A stretch of 64,000 bases of DNA from Ruditapes philippinarum. Its lineage: Eukaryota. Shown here in pieces: positions 14,409-27,677 of the stretch (position 1 is its first letter; the number at the start of each line of letters is the position of its first letter). The position numbers and the translations under genes are program-made. Under the pieces are notes generated by a model. The model was not told where the DNA came from, did not search any database, and saw only the letters and a list, made by a program, of their open reading frames with translations. The DNA lies in NCBI RefSeq assembly GCF_026571515.1, contig NW_026863863.1:1-64000 (forward strand), in the 5' to 3' direction.

Positions 14409-16985
14409 ATGAAGAACACTGCGCGTGTATTCGGCACCTTTTTGGTCACTGCTATCATATTTGTACAGGCAATCAACGAATGTACAATTGATGATTATAA
14501 AACCTCAAAAAAGAACTATAAAATGAATTGTAGAAATTTGAATTTGACTGAGGTTCCAAGATTCTACCCAAAATTAGATAGGCCTATACATGAAAAAGTT
14601 TGTATGCTTGATTTGAGTTTAAATTCATTTTCTCTCCTCAAAAATGGCACGTTTCTACATATGATTAATTTGAGAATTTCAACGATTCGAGAGCTCAATT
14701 TAAGTTACTCGAACATTCGGTACATATCAACGGAAGCATTTCAAGGTTTGAAAAATTTACAATACCTAAATCTATCAGGAAACTCTCTTTCGTACCCGAA
14801 TGGATTTGGTAAAGGTGTTTTTAAATTTTTGAACAAACTTAGATTGCTAAATATCAAAGATAACAAATTTGTTACATACGATGGCTTTGGTAGAGAGATG
14901 GAATATTTACAAAATTTAAAAGGATTTTATGCTGAACTTTGCCTCAACTGCACATTTGGTAAAGAATTTGAAAAACTTAAGAATTTGAAAAAAATGAGTT
15001 TATCTGGCAGCTCAACTGGTGCATGCAATGCTTCAAAACTTCACAACTACACCTTTGAAGGTCTAACTAGGCTGAAGGTGCTCTGGCTGTCATCATGTAA
15101 TATTACTACAATAGAACCAGATGCATTCAAGCCAATGAACAAAAGTTTAACCCACCTTGATTTATCTTACAACGAGAACCTTCGTTTTCTTGGAATGAAC
15201 AAAGGTTTACATGGATTACGTTTCTCGCCAACTTTATCGATTTTAAATATTAACCGAATTCATAACATGTACCAACAGTGCGTGAAGTTAAAGGTGTCTC
15301 ACCTGCAGAACCTTATAACGCTGAGAAATTTGACGAAACTTTTCATGGATCTTAATAACATAGAAACCATTGCTAAAAAAGTGTTTTATCCTGCAAGTAT
15401 ATTTCCTTCGTCACTCCGGGTTCTAGCAATTGCAGGGAATAGAATTTCTTTTGACAACCATATCAGTTTTATTCACACCGCTACCAGTATCACATGCCTA
15501 GACATATCAAGACAACATCTATCTTACGATCCTTTTATAGGCAAAAACTCTGAAATGCAGGTACTAGATAAAAAATCAGGTATTGCAGACGATATTTGTT
15601 TTACAAAATTGAAAAGTGTTCAACCTTATCCACATGACAAAAGTTGCTCTATTAATTTGCCTCCTAATTTACGTCGTTTAAACTGGAAAAAGAGTTTCCT
15701 TAATTTCTATTTCGACGTTGATATTTTTATATGTGGAGCAAAAAAACTTCAATTTTTAGATCTTTCATTCAATCTCTTCACTGAATGGAGAAGTTCGATA
15801 AAAGGTCTGGAAAATCTTAAACAACTAGACCTTTCGAAAAATGACTGCGGTGAGATATCTCCAAATTTTTTTGACCATTTTACAGACTTACAAAAATTGA
15901 ATTTAGAAGGAAATAGGCTAGGAATCTCGTTGGGGCAGCCATTATCAAATCGGACTAATCGAATATTCAAAAGTTTGAAACAGTTATCATATCTTGATTT
16001 GTCACATAACAGAATTGACTGTTTTGCTGATCCTGACATATTCAAAGAGCTAACCAATATTCAGCATTTATATTTGCATTCGAACCGTTTGAGTGATTGG
16101 AACTTTGATCTACCGGAAAGCCAATTTCTCAGACTCATAGATTTATCGCAAAATAAACTTTCACATTTTTCTAAACAAATGAAAAATCAGCTTAATAAAG
16201 TATGCGAAGAGGGTACTTGCAATATAACTATGGTATTGTTAAACAATTCCTTTGAATGTGACTGTGAAAATTTACCATTTTTTTATTGGATGTTGTCTAC
16301 CAAAGTGCATATTAAAATTGATACATGTTTATTGAACTCAGAAAAGAAAAATATATCGACGACTACTGATTTACAGAGTTTAGTAGACACTTTAACAAGG
16401 GATATTTGTAACGATAAAACCTGGATCACATGGACCGTTGGAACTGTTTGTGTAGTGTTTGGAGGTCTATCTAGTATTATAACTGCATTAGTGGTTTATA
16501 GATATCGTTGGAAACTAAGATACATATATTACAGACGAAATAGAAGATTTAAGCACGAGGGATTCGAACGTCTTTTTGAGAACGACGCGTTCGTGTCTTA
16601 TGCAAAGAGCAATGCGAGTTTTATTAAACGCTACATGGTTCCTTCTCTCGAGGAGGAGCGCGGTCTTCGCCTTTGGGTGGCAGACAGGAATTCAATGCCC
16701 GGTACATCTATAGCCGAAAATATCAGTCGGAAGGCTGTTCTACTCATGGACAAGGCATACCTCAATGATAGTTGGTGTAACTATGAAATGAACATGGCAC
16801 ATGTTGAATCAACCGAAACAAAGAGAAAAATGATCATCATTGTGTTAATGGAAGACATTCCATCAAATAAATTGCCTATTTGTATAATGAGATTTCTACA
16901 AAGTGAACGGTCCCTTGAATACCCAAAAAATGATCAAGACTTTGACACATTTTGGACTGATCTTACTGAACAGATTATGAATTGA
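14409..16985 (+). CDS. TLR: Toll-like receptor (single cysteine-cluster type), 858 aa, intronless CDS
   Basis: Signal peptide, LRR-NT (C...C..LNLTEVP), many LxxLxLxxN repeats, LRR-CT (NNSFECDC), TM helix (WITWTVGTVCVVFGGLSSIITALVVY), basic RYRWKLRY, and a TIR domain (DAFVSY, DRNSMPG, SWCNYE, LEYP, FW). A splice acceptor ttttcttttatattgcag at 14395 implies a 5'-UTR intron. Confidence 0.96.
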   Translation: MKNTARVFGTFLVTAIIFVQAINECTIDDYKTSKKNYKMNCRNLNLTEVPRFYPKLDRPIHEKVCMLDLSLNSFSLLKNGTFLHMINLRISTIRELNLSYSNIRYISTEAFQGLKNLQYLNLSGNSLSYPNGFGKGVFKFLNKLRLLNIKDNKFVTYDGFGREMEYLQNLKGFYAELCLNCTFGKEFEKLKNLKKMSLSGSSTGACNASKLHNYTFEGLTRLKVLWLSSCNITTIEPDAFKPMNKSLTHLDLSYNENLRFLGMNKGLHGLRFSPTLSILNINRIHNMYQQCVKLKVSHLQNLITLRNLTKLFMDLNNIETIAKKVFYPASIFPSSLRVLAIAGNRISFDNHISFIHTATSITCLDISRQHLSYDPFIGKNSEMQVLDKKSGIADDICFTKLKSVQPYPHDKSCSINLPPNLRRLNWKKSFLNFYFDVDIFICGAKKLQFLDLSFNLFTEWRSSIKGLENLKQLDLSKNDCGEISPNFFDHFTDLQKLNLEGNRLGISLGQPLSNRTNRIFKSLKQLSYLDLSHNRIDCFADPDIFKELTNIQHLYLHSNRLSDWNFDLPESQFLRLIDLSQNKLSHFSKQMKNQLNKVCEEGTCNITMVLLNNSFECDCENLPFFYWMLSTKVHIKIDTCLLNSEKKNISTTTDLQSLVDTLTRDICNDKTWITWTVGTVCVVFGGLSSIITALVVYRYRWKLRYIYYRRNRRFKHEGFERLFENDAFVSYAKSNASFIKRYMVPSLEEERGLRLWVADRNSMPGTSIAENISRKAVLLMDKAYLNDSWCNYEMNMAHVESTETKRKMIIIVLMEDIPSNKLPICIMRFLQSERSLEYPKNDQDFDTFWTDLTEQIMN

Positions 16986-17901
16986 ATCATAATTGTTGCA
17001 TACATATGCATGTATTACACAGTTAAAGCGACTCCGCTGAGATTTTTTATATGACGGGAGTGGAAATATGGACCATTTGATGTAGATCTGTACCAATAAC
17101 TTTGTGAAATATTTCAGAACATTCGCTCAGTGGTTTGGGTTTTTTTGTAGTTGAATCAAGAATTAAGCCTCGCCGTATTTCATGCCATAAGAAGACGACA
17201 GTTGAGTGGGTCAATACCTTTTGTGTTTCGGGTATTGGCGACATATGTTTTCTATATACATTGTTTTGTGTTGTAATTATGTATATACTTTTCTTTTATT
17301 CATGTATGTTTTTTCGCTGTATATCGATCTGACGAAGAGGAATTGTCAGTCGTTATTGTTAACAAAGAAGCTTTTTGTCTCAAGACTATTAATGTTCAAT
17401 GGCTTGGAGCACTTCGCAGACCTACTCAGGTGGCTTCACGCAAAGTTGGTCCTGGGATTCGAGTAATGGACTGAACTATGAAAGACCTAACCTGCCAATA
17501 CGCTCCATGTATCTGTCTACTGAATACAATGTTCGAATTCTTTAAGCCAACTTGCTAATGCCTTTTGTAGTATTAAATGGTTTCATTATTCAGTAGGTTT
17601 AACTTCACCGACAGTCTCCGATCTTATTAAAATGTTTTAGAATTATGTATGATATTTTGAGTACACTTGTTATTAACAATGAACCTATATTATCAGTCTT
17701 TTGGTTCTTTATCTGAAAATTTGATGTTAAAAAACATTAAATTATGCGTGCCTTTTGAAAAGCATATTCTATGTTTGTTTGATTTTCCCAGAAATATTAT
17801 ATTAAGTTCGTCGCTTTATAAAAAAATCAGTTCAAAAAGTTGTTCAAAAAGCAGTTAAAACAACACAAAATCTTGTCTGTTGTTCTGGCAAAGTATCTTA
17901 A

Positions 17902-18523
17902 CCCATTACTTCATATACACGCCTTTTAACGCCTTTTTCACCCCCCCCCCCTTTTTTGTTGTCTCAAATGATGAAAAAATGCCTTATTTAGGCCCCAAAC
18001 ACTTGTTTTTGTTTGAGAAATGTTGTTAAAAAAGTGACCTCTTTTTCGGCGCGGCCCCCATCCAAAAGATACATCAGGGGGTTGCCAGAAGGGGGATGTG
18101 CCCCCTTCTGTTTGGTGGGTTTGAAGGGGGGGCGGAGTCCCCCTCATCGCCAAGAAAATTTTGGACTTGTGAGAGGCTGTAAATGACCCCAGATTGATCA
18201 TAAGGTAACGTGTAACCAACGCTGAAAAGCATTTGACTTTATCTCAATCCATTGAGAAGTTGCAGCACTTTGAAATCAATTTTGATGGAAAAATCAACGC
18301 AAAATAGTGATTTTTGGCAATTTTGAGATGTCCCCTCGTTGCCATGGTAACAGAAAATTTAAGCCTGAGCATGTTGTTGCAAGGGCAATGGTCCAGTCAA
18401 CATTTGTGCCAAGTTTGATTAGTGTTGAAGCAGTTTTTATAGTATTATAGCAAATTGAACTTGTAACAGGAGACTTTTCAATGAAAACAGCCATTTTTCA
18501 CAAAATGCTCATGAAGTAATGGG
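17902..18523 (+). mobile_element. piggyBac-like MITE, copy 1 (TTAA TSD, 13-bp TIR CCCATTACTTCAT)
   Basis: TTAA|cccattacttcat ... atgaagtaatggg|TTAA. CCC/GGG termini with TTAA are typical of the piggyBac superfamily. Confidence 0.85.
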
Positions 18524-18527
18524 TTAA

Positions 18528-18771
18528 TGAAAAAAATAAAAAAATCTACAAAACAAGAATTTTTCTTCAAATTTATATGACAGGCCATGTTTAAACATGA
18601 AAAAACGCGATTTAGGGTAATTTCAAGTATTTTCATCATTTTCTGTTAATGAAAAAAATCAAAAAATCTACAAAACAAGAATTTTTCTTCAAATTTATAT
18701 GACAGGCCATGTTTAAACATGAAAAAACGCGATTTAGGGTAATTTCAAGTATTTTCATCATTTTCTGTTAA
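18528..18771. repeat. Two tandem 122-bp units, each ending in TTAA, between the MITE copies
   Basis: 18528-18649 and 18650-18771 are nearly identical. Confidence 0.9.
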
Positions 18772-19390
18772 CCCATTACTTCATATACACGCCTTTTAAC
18801 GCCTTTTTCACCCCCCCTTTTTTTGTTGTCTCAAATGATGAAAAAATGCCTTATTTAGGCCCCAAACACTTGTTTTTGTTTGAGAAATGTTGTTAAAAAA
18901 GTGACCTCTTTTTCGGCGCGGCCCCCCATCCAAAAGATACATCAGGGGGTTGCCAGAAGGGGGATGTGCCCCCTTCTGTTTGGGGGGTTTGAAGGGGGGC
19001 GGAGTCCCCCTCATCGCCAAGAAAATTTTGGACTTGTGAGAGGCTGTAAATGACCCCAGATTGATCATAAGGTAACGTGTAACCAACGCTGAAAAGCATT
19101 TGACTTTATCTCAATCCATTGAGAAGTTGCAGCACTTTGAAATCAATTTTGATGGAAAAATCAACGCAAAATAGTGATTTTTGGCAATTTTGAGATGTCC
19201 CCTCGTTGCCATGGTAACAGAAAATTTAAGCCTGAGCATGTTGTTGCAAGGGCAATGGTCCAGTCAACATTTGTGCCAAGTTTGATTAGTGTTGAAGCAG
19301 TTTTTATAGTATTATAGCAAATTGAACTTGTAACAGGAGACTTTTCAATGAAAACAGCCATTTTTCACAAAATGCTCATGAAGTAATGGG
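18772..19390 (+). mobile_element. piggyBac-like MITE, copy 2 (near-identical to copy 1)
   Basis: Same TIRs and TTAA flanks (18768-18771, 19391-19394). Differs from copy 1 mainly in homopolymer lengths. Confidence 0.85.
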
Positions 19391-19949
19391 TTAAAATGAA
19401 ATACATAAAGAGAAGAGAAAGTTAGGTATGTTGTTTAGATTCTTCATTGTAACAAGCACGGGAATATTAAACAGGAAGTAATACTGTAGTCCCATTTATT
19501 TTTAAAAAGTTAGTACCGGTAATTGATTTTCCATTGATATGTAATTTCATACTTCTTATTAATTTAAATAAACAAGTAGATTAAAAACGGGAAGTCCAAC
19601 TCTTCTAGGCTGAAGTATACATTTCCTGCACACATTTGAATAATAATAATAATATTTTAAAACTATTACAAACCGGTACGCTTACATAACCCGTTGATCA
19701 TTAATTGAAACATGACTCACTGCAAATCTTATTAATTTGTATAAATATTTCATATAAAGTATGTTTTATTCATGTCCACAGCAGTGTGGAGAACTTGTTA
19801 CACTTTATTGTTAAACGAATGACTAAACTGACCGTGGTAGCATTGGTTCAAATAACAATGAACGTGACTGTAACAGTCTACTTAATATATTACATAGAGC
19901 AAAACTAAGCGATGCAACAAAAAGGTTCAAGATTTTAATTCATTTTAAA

Positions 19950-22225
19950 TTTTCGTGAAGTTTCGTGAGGGAATGCATTATAAGCATTTACAAAGATCAT
20001 TTCACGTTTTTTTTCAATATCATAACCGTTTTTTTTTAAATGTTGAACTAAAGTTTTCATTCTGACGCTTTGAAATTTGCGACGTTGGCAGCTGTCAGGC
20101 TGAAAAACATTACAATATTACAAACATGAAAACGGTCAGTAATGTATTATAAGCATTTCCTTATTTAATTGTTTACTTAAGACTTCTACACTGCTAACTT
20201 TACATATTTAGAAGCATCAGACCGAAAACATAAAAGATCAGCAAATCAAAAAATAAAAAGATCCGCAGTTAACAGTTGGTAGTGTACACAAACTCATCGT
20301 CTCCATTGAAGATGATGTTTACTTACTTATCCAGACATGGGCCATAAGATGCTGGACAAAACGATGCACATTTTTTGTTAAAATTCATTGTTTTGCTTAA
20401 CTTTTATGCATCAAAGCTGCACACAAATTGTTGTGTGTAAAGTTTGCAGCCTAACAGCCTAGCAACCTAAAGAAAACCAAGAATATTACAAACCTGTAAA
20501 CTGCTGGAAATACATAATAAGTACTTCCTTATTTAATTAAGATTTCTTAAGGTTACTACGCTGCAAATTCACAAATTTCGAAGCGTCAGACCAAAACATA
20601 AAGATTTAGTCAGCAAATTATAAAATAAAAACATCCGCTGTTTACGGTTGGCAATTTACAAAAACTCATCGTAACGATTGAAGATGTTTACTTAATCATC
20701 AAGACATATCCTACAAAATGCAGGATTATGAAATGCATAATAATTGACAAAATTCAACTTTATGCTTCAATTATATGCATCAAAGCGTCACACATATTGC
20801 TGTATGTAAAAATGACAGCCTAACAGTCTAGCTAAGAATATTACAAACGGTCGAAAATACTTTTTAATACACTTGTTACTATATATAGTAACAAAATCGC
20901 CTATGATTTCAACTGATTATGAGTGTCACGTGACCTATTATGAGTTTGCGGCCCGGGGCCGAGAACTAGTTATCAGCCCGCAGAACATGTGCACGTGCAC
21001 AAACTGAAACAATGACGTCATATTTTACGTCATCAAACAGTTAACTGTAAAAGTGTAAGTAGGTTGTCAGCAGGAATCGCTTTATTTCTATTATAAGAGC
21101 TTAAGCGTATTTAGTACAAACACAATATTGTTACTATTGAAATTTGAAGAAATAATACGACAAATTCATTCCGAAAAAAAAATGAAAAAAAAACTTGCTT
21201 GTAAATTCTACTGCTTTGAACACACAAACAGTAGATTCTAAACGTCTCTGTACAGAACAGTAGAAGAGTAGACAAGAATTTCAACGAAAGAACTTCAAAG
21301 TATTTTTTTTTTTGTTTTTTGTTTTTTTGTTGTTTTTTTTTAAAATGCTACAATTAGATTTACCAAGTGTATTAAAGACATTAATACACGTCAGAGTAGG
21401 GCCGGAAAGTGATAATCGGCCCTGAATGAATAATGGCCCTCGGGCTAAAGCCCTCGGGTCCATTATTCATTTTGCGGGCCGATTATCACCTTCCGGCCCT
21501 CTCCTGCCGTGTATTAACCTCTTAATAAGCACTTCCTTAGATTATTCCACACTTTTTAATATCAAATATCATAATCGTTATTTTTTAAGATGCCGAACTT
21601 TTAAGTTTTCATTCTGACGCTTCCAAATTTGTAAAGTTGAAAGCCTAAAAAAAAACTAAGAATACTACAAACATGAAAATAGTGAGGAATGCATAATAAG
21701 CATGACAGTTTTCAATCTGACGCTTCTAAATTTGTGACGTTGGCAGCCTTACAGCATAAAGAAAAACAAAATAAAAAATTACAAACATGAAAACAGTCGG
21801 AAATGCATTATAGCCACTCTTTTTTCAATTCATTATGATTTTTACTATCAAAGATGCTAAACACTAAAGTTTTCATTCTGACGCTTCGAAAGTTGGAAGC
21901 CTAACACCCTAAAGAAAACTAAGAATATTAAAAACATATAAATGGGCGGACTTTCAACGCTATGTTCACTATCATGATTTTTACTTTTACAGATGCTGAA
22001 CTTAAACATTTTTATTCAAAAGCTTCGAAATTTATGACGTTCGCAGCCTAACAGCCTAAAGAATACCCAGAATATAACAAACATGAAAACGGTCGGAAAT
22101 GTCTTATAAGCACTTCCTTATTTAATACGCTACAAATTCACAAATTTCGAAGCTTCAGACCGAAAACATAAAAGATCAGCAAATTATAAAATGGAAAGAT
22201 CCGCAGCTTACAATTGGCAGTTTAC
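19950..22225. repeat. Degenerate satellite-like array with subunits in both orientations
   Basis: Recurrent ttctgacgcttcgaaatttgtgacgttggcagcctaacagcctaaagaaaactaagaatattacaaacatgaaaac, plus reverse-complement pieces (cacaaatttcgaagcgtcaga). Confidence 0.75.
20864..21525 (-). mobile_element. Hairpin-ended non-autonomous element inserted in the satellite array
   Basis: Left end ttaatacactt has an inverted partner aagtgtattaa (~21365). A ~140-bp fold-back at 21380-21518 is centred on ccctcgggctaaagccctcggg. It interrupts a satellite unit (...aaacggtcgaaaatac | ataagcacttcctt). Confidence 0.65.
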
Positions 22226-22228
22226 GAT

Positions 22229-25200
22229 GTTGCGAACGATGTTGATATTTACCTGTAAATCGGGTCCAAACGGCATCAGCTGCTTTTAGCAAAATTTCCG
22301 GAAAACGGTGTTTCCTTGTGTACAGAGTCTAGCAAGAAATACAAATTTAAGTGAACGGGATATAGAAGTTTAATGTACAGAGTTTAGTAGAATGTTACGG
22401 TGTCTAGCAGTCACATATTTTTTAATTGTATAGTCTTTTATGAGCTGACAGTCTTTCTGATGCAAGGAATGACACAATATATTGATTGTTAACTTCAATT
22501 ATTACTTAAATTCATACTACATCACGAGAATGTGTCATTCCAGGTAGCCACTTGCTTTCTTACAAAAACAGTAGGACATTATTCAGAAAAAAACCCAAAT
22601 ATAGTCAATTTATAGATTATTGTATAAAATTCAGGGTTTGCATTAAGAATTAGTGTAAGAGGCCATAATGTGAATGAAGGAGGCCTGATAGGGGGGTCCG
22701 GGGGCATGCCCCCCCGGAAAATTTTGAAATCCAGGAAGCAAAATCCTGCATTCTGAGCACTTTCAGGGCTACTTTAGCCACTCTGGTTTAGCATCATTTT
22801 TGAAAAAAATCACTATGGAAACTACTGGAAAAGCTTGAAGCAGGTGCACTGAAATATGCACTTCATAATTGTTAGTTGTGTCACTCATTTTACACAGCTT
22901 TTAACAATAATTTTTTTCATTTGAGCTAAACCGTCACACCTATTTGCAAATTATAACTGTAGAAAGTTCATAAACAACAAGCCAAGATATACTTGATCAT
23001 CATTATTTATAATAAACATCATCAATTTTCAAAGCCAAACATAAACACTTTTCATAGCCAACAATCATCATTTTACATACTCTCACATGATCACATTTTA
23101 ACATTGTTCAAAGTCAAGCCTCATCATTTCAAACTTCATATTGTTAAATATCATCAAATTTCATAGTCAAACATCATCACTTCAAATAGTAAAGCATCAT
23201 CACTTCAAATAGTAAAGCGACATCACTTCAAATAGTAAAGCATCATGATTTTTCATAATAAATATTTAAAGCAAAGTATCATCAATTTTCATAGCAAAAC
23301 TTCATCACTACAACTTTCACATTGTTAAACATCATCAATTTTCAAAGCAAAACATCATCAATTTTCATAGTAAAACATCATCATTTTTCATAGTAAAACA
23401 TATCCAATTTCATAGCCAAACTTCATCAAATTTCATAGGAAAACATTATCAATTTAACAAAACATCATCAATTTTCATAGTCAAACATCATCAATTCAAA
23501 TAGTCGACATCATACCTGCGAAGACTTCTTGACTATATTAACTGTAACTTTTGCTGACTGGGAGTGCAGCTGGATGCTAGGCGGAACATCTTGAGTGGAA
23601 TCTAAAATATATTTTGAAACAATGAACTTTTTGTTGAATTTTGTATTTGTTCAGTTTGTCATATTTCACCAAACTGTATGCAGTATTTAAAGGTTTTCTT
23701 TCTTTAATATTATAGCATATATGCTTACATTTAGTATAATGACTATGTTAAATTGATATAACAAGTGCAGAAAATAATCAGTTTGGTATTTTATTTGCAA
23801 GCAGACGGACAAGACTTTAATTTTTTTATATTAATGTAGAATTACACAGTCTAAAAATGTTAATGCAGTTTATCACCAGGAATACTAAGTCATTTTCTTA
23901 TCATATTCACAGTTTGTCACTACTTTGGTTGCCAAAACTTCTACCAGAATGAATCGGATTGTTTTTTTATTTCTGAAATATCATGACTATACAATGACCA
24001 ATCATTTATGTTGATTCAATGCTTTATTCACAAGGCGCCTTGCATGTAAAATGTTTGTTCTGTAATGTATACTTTCATAATCCTCTAATAAACTTTATAC
24101 GGCAGGGAAAATTATACTACTTTGACTCACCCTTTTTAATCCAGCTATCATATAAATGTGTGTTGAGATTGAACTGTAACATGGAAATATATAAAGTTAA
24201 CAACAATTGTGAACAAAACTGTTTAAACATTTTTTTATAAATAAAATTCAACATATACAAAATACAAAAAAATGTGTCAACTGGGCCCTCAAACTAACAC
24301 AGCCTTGAGTTATTGATGAAAGTATGTGAATTGGCACAGAAAGGCTGAACGTACGTTTTGTTTATTTCAGATAGGTTTTTACATTTTTTTTCTTGTGGCA
24401 GCACGAAATACCCAAATACAACCAAATATATAGCAATACTCATTTTTGTTTGTATAAATTTAGATTATATTATAATGAGAAGATGAATTTATAATTGTAA
24501 AATAACATGACTAAGTCATAAAATATAGATTATAATGAGAAAATGAAAAATATTTATAAAATAATACGACTTAGCCAGCTATAATTAACTTTTATTCATT
24601 CCGTTGAAATGGGCAGTTGAGATATTTTAAGAAAATAAACTTGTGACATTTGCTGATGTAGGTTCATTATACTTGCAATTTAAGATAAAGATAATGCTAT
24701 GATAATATTTGTTGTCTTCACTTAAATTTTAGGGGAATAATTTTGTTTGTAATTTTATACAAGGATCCGTCGTATTATTGATATGTTGTAATTAGAGGGC
24801 CGAGTTTGTACAGGGCCGAGTTAACGCTTTACGAAATGTAATTTTACTAAAGAATAAACATTTGTCAACGGTAAACAATTGAAACTGCGAAAGATATTTT
24901 AACATGAAAAACAAATCGATATAATTCTTTAGAAAACTTACTTGATTTCGGTTGAAAATTAAAAAAAATCGTCGATTTTGCGATCAATTTTTCGTTTTTT
25001 GGTCGCCATATTGGATGTTTACGTGCCGCCAAGGAAGTGAACCGCAATTAGCGGAAATGCATAAAATTACCGAAAGGAGCGAATCGTAAATTTTCGAGCC
25101 CCCAAAGCAGTTTCCAAGTATTCATTTATGGTATCTACGGGATTTCTAGCCGGCCCAAAACGTGTTCTAGGCGGCCAATTTGGCCGCCGGCCGCCTCTTA

Positions 25201-26775
25201 ATATGTTTATGTTCTTATTTATTTTGTTTTTGTGAGAGGAGGCTAGATAAGACCCACAATCACATGCTTACACACACTTAGGGCATGAATATAATGTGTA
25301 TAATGGTCTCATAGGCCTCCCGTGCATTATCTCAATTAAAATATGAAAATGATTGCATATTCTTTGGTATCATTCAATGAATTACTGAACTCAAATCAAA
25401 TAAGTGAAAATAGTAATAAATACATGTATTTAAGGGCATGATTGGTGACATGTCCGGGGTCCGTACTCTCAGAGCCTGAAACGGCGGATGAGTCATTAAG
25501 CATAGAAAAGAAGAAGATAATTGATCAGGTACATAAAAGATTATGCACGGGCGTCATTTTCTACAAAACTGCATTAGCACGTGTCTTCCAAAAAACATTT
25601 TAGCCACGTTGAATAAGCAATGTGTCGACTTAGAATTGAAACACATGAGAAAAGTTGCGTTAAACGATTGTAATTTGACGGACCATTAAGTGGCGTACCT
25701 TCTATTAGGCCATGTAGGCCCGAGTCAAGTTGGTGAAGGCGTGGTCGGATCAAGTGTGTTAAGGCTTATGCATGATCTACCGTCCGCAGTTTACATCTTA
25801 TCAAATTAATGGTTTAAAATTATTGTTTGCTAATTTTCCTTGAAAATACTTCGGAACGCGCATTTGCTGTGTTTAATTTGAACTTGTTTTTGGCCCCATA
25901 CCCCATTTTATGGGCCTACAAGTTGAAAAAAGCTGGCTACACCCCTGCGCTTAAAATTTATATTCAACGTTTACGATAAAACATATGTATGCTTCCACGA
26001 TGTTGCGTGACCTTACTACATACTTATATATGGTCAGCTATTATCTTACAGGGAAGGGCCCATGACAATGTTGCAAAAACTTTTGGCCAAACCCTTTTGT
26101 ATATTTTGTAATTATGTTGATGTAAAAGAATTGATGAATTATATTATATATGCAATAAAATATTATCAAACTTATTGTTCACAATGCATAACTTGAACAT
26201 GATTTGATATTGTTTAAGACAAATTATAGAATTCTACTGTAACGTTCTACCAATATATAATGATTCAGTCTACTGAGTTTACATTTTTTCTCTCAAAATC
26301 ACGCATAAAAAGTTGTCTAGCTCAGGACGGAAACGGTTCACTACCATTGCTATTCATGCTACGTATAATGTTTCTTATTCAAAGTAACATTTTTTTATCT
26401 TTTAAAAATGATAAAATGTTTCACTTTACGATCCCTGCTACCGGCATCGATCGTTATTCCTTCATCAGCGTATGTGTCTGCTCTGGTACTTTATTTAGTT
26501 TATTTATTTTTTTTGCTAAAAATATAGCATTCTTGTACCTACTACACCCCATACGCTTGCTAACAGTTTTCCATCTACACCCCGTATACAATCGTGCTAG
26601 GCTCTTTACACAAGGCAACGTCGTTTTTCGCAAATTTTGCTAAAAGCAGTTCGATTTGATGGATGAACACTCACATACAAGTAGAGGACATCTATATGCT
26701 ATATTAAATACGGATTTTATACAACAAATGCCTTTTGGACCCGATTTACAGGTAAATATCAATATCGTTCGCAAT
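22229..26775. mobile_element. ~4.5-kb non-autonomous DNA transposon with long imperfect TIRs and nested inserts
   Basis: 22229-22340 (ttgcgaacgatgttgatatttacctgtaaatcgggtccaaacggcat...cttttagcaaaattt...) is inversely repeated at ~26585-26775, with an insertion in the right arm. No transposase ORF seen. Confidence 0.7.
23010..23512. repeat. Minisatellite, ~21-22-bp unit (aaacatcatcaattttcatagt)
   Basis: About 20 degenerate copies are directly visible. Confidence 0.85.
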
Positions 26776-27677
26776 GTCAACAAAACGGTACAATTTATCG
26801 CCGATTTAAACAAAAAATATTCAATTTGCAGAAAAAAGCAAATACTGCTCTAAACCCATACATATTTAGCTTCTCAAAATTGTTTAGTTTGGAAAAATCG
26901 ATGAAGATATGATGGAGAAATAAGTTGAAACATTACCTTGGGTGAACTCGATGTTAACTTTTTAGTTTCGTTTTCGGAGTCTTGAAGGGCTTTATCCGGT
27001 GGACGCTGTACAACAGTGATTATGTCTGGTTATATTTACAATAACTATGAAACTGAATTTATTAATAAATTGATCGCAAAAATGAACATTTTCACGTTAT
27101 CATCAATATCTGGACACTTTTTTATTTTATGTTTAATTATCATGGATATGTATTCTTTAGCTTTCGTTATTCCGTAAATATAAACATAAACTCATTGGGG
27201 TGCAATAAGTTTTCCTTTTGTCCTCAGAACTTTAAAAATTCATTTTTTTCAAAAATTTTATGAAATTGATTTTAAAAGGGTTCAAAAAAATGTATCCTTT
27301 AAATTCGGAAAGTGAAAAAAAACCCAAACCCTTTAAAAAGCGAGTTAAGTACGATATTTTCTTTTTTTTCGTTTTAAAATCGGTATTTCATTTAAAAATA
27401 AATTTTTTCAGCAAAAAATATATAATATATTCAAAATTGTGCATGTTAAAGCTTTTTGGGGATTTAAATTAGGCGGCCCTAAGGGTTTTTATGGCAGGAA
27501 AAAAAATATTTTGTTATATAATTTCAAAAACTCGTTTAACCATCTCTAAATCATGGATTTAATTGAAAATGTGAATGTTATTATACATATCAAGAGAATA
27601 AGAATATTTTGGAATTTTTTATTTAATTATGAATATATAGGATATGTTACTGCATGAAGTACAATTAATTAAAACTT

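Noticed and set aside
17325-17360. Hammerhead ribozyme core (CTGACGA; also CTGATGA at ~3037, ~11901, ~12809)
   Set aside because: No stem II followed by GAAA could be formed.
17938-19361. Duplicated small ORFs (93/92 aa, 66 aa)
   Set aside because: Translations of the non-coding MITE copies; their frames differ by homopolymer indels.
26260-26853. ORFs of 127 and 65 aa as a transposase
   Set aside because: No DDE or other recognisable motif; they overlap the TIR sequence.
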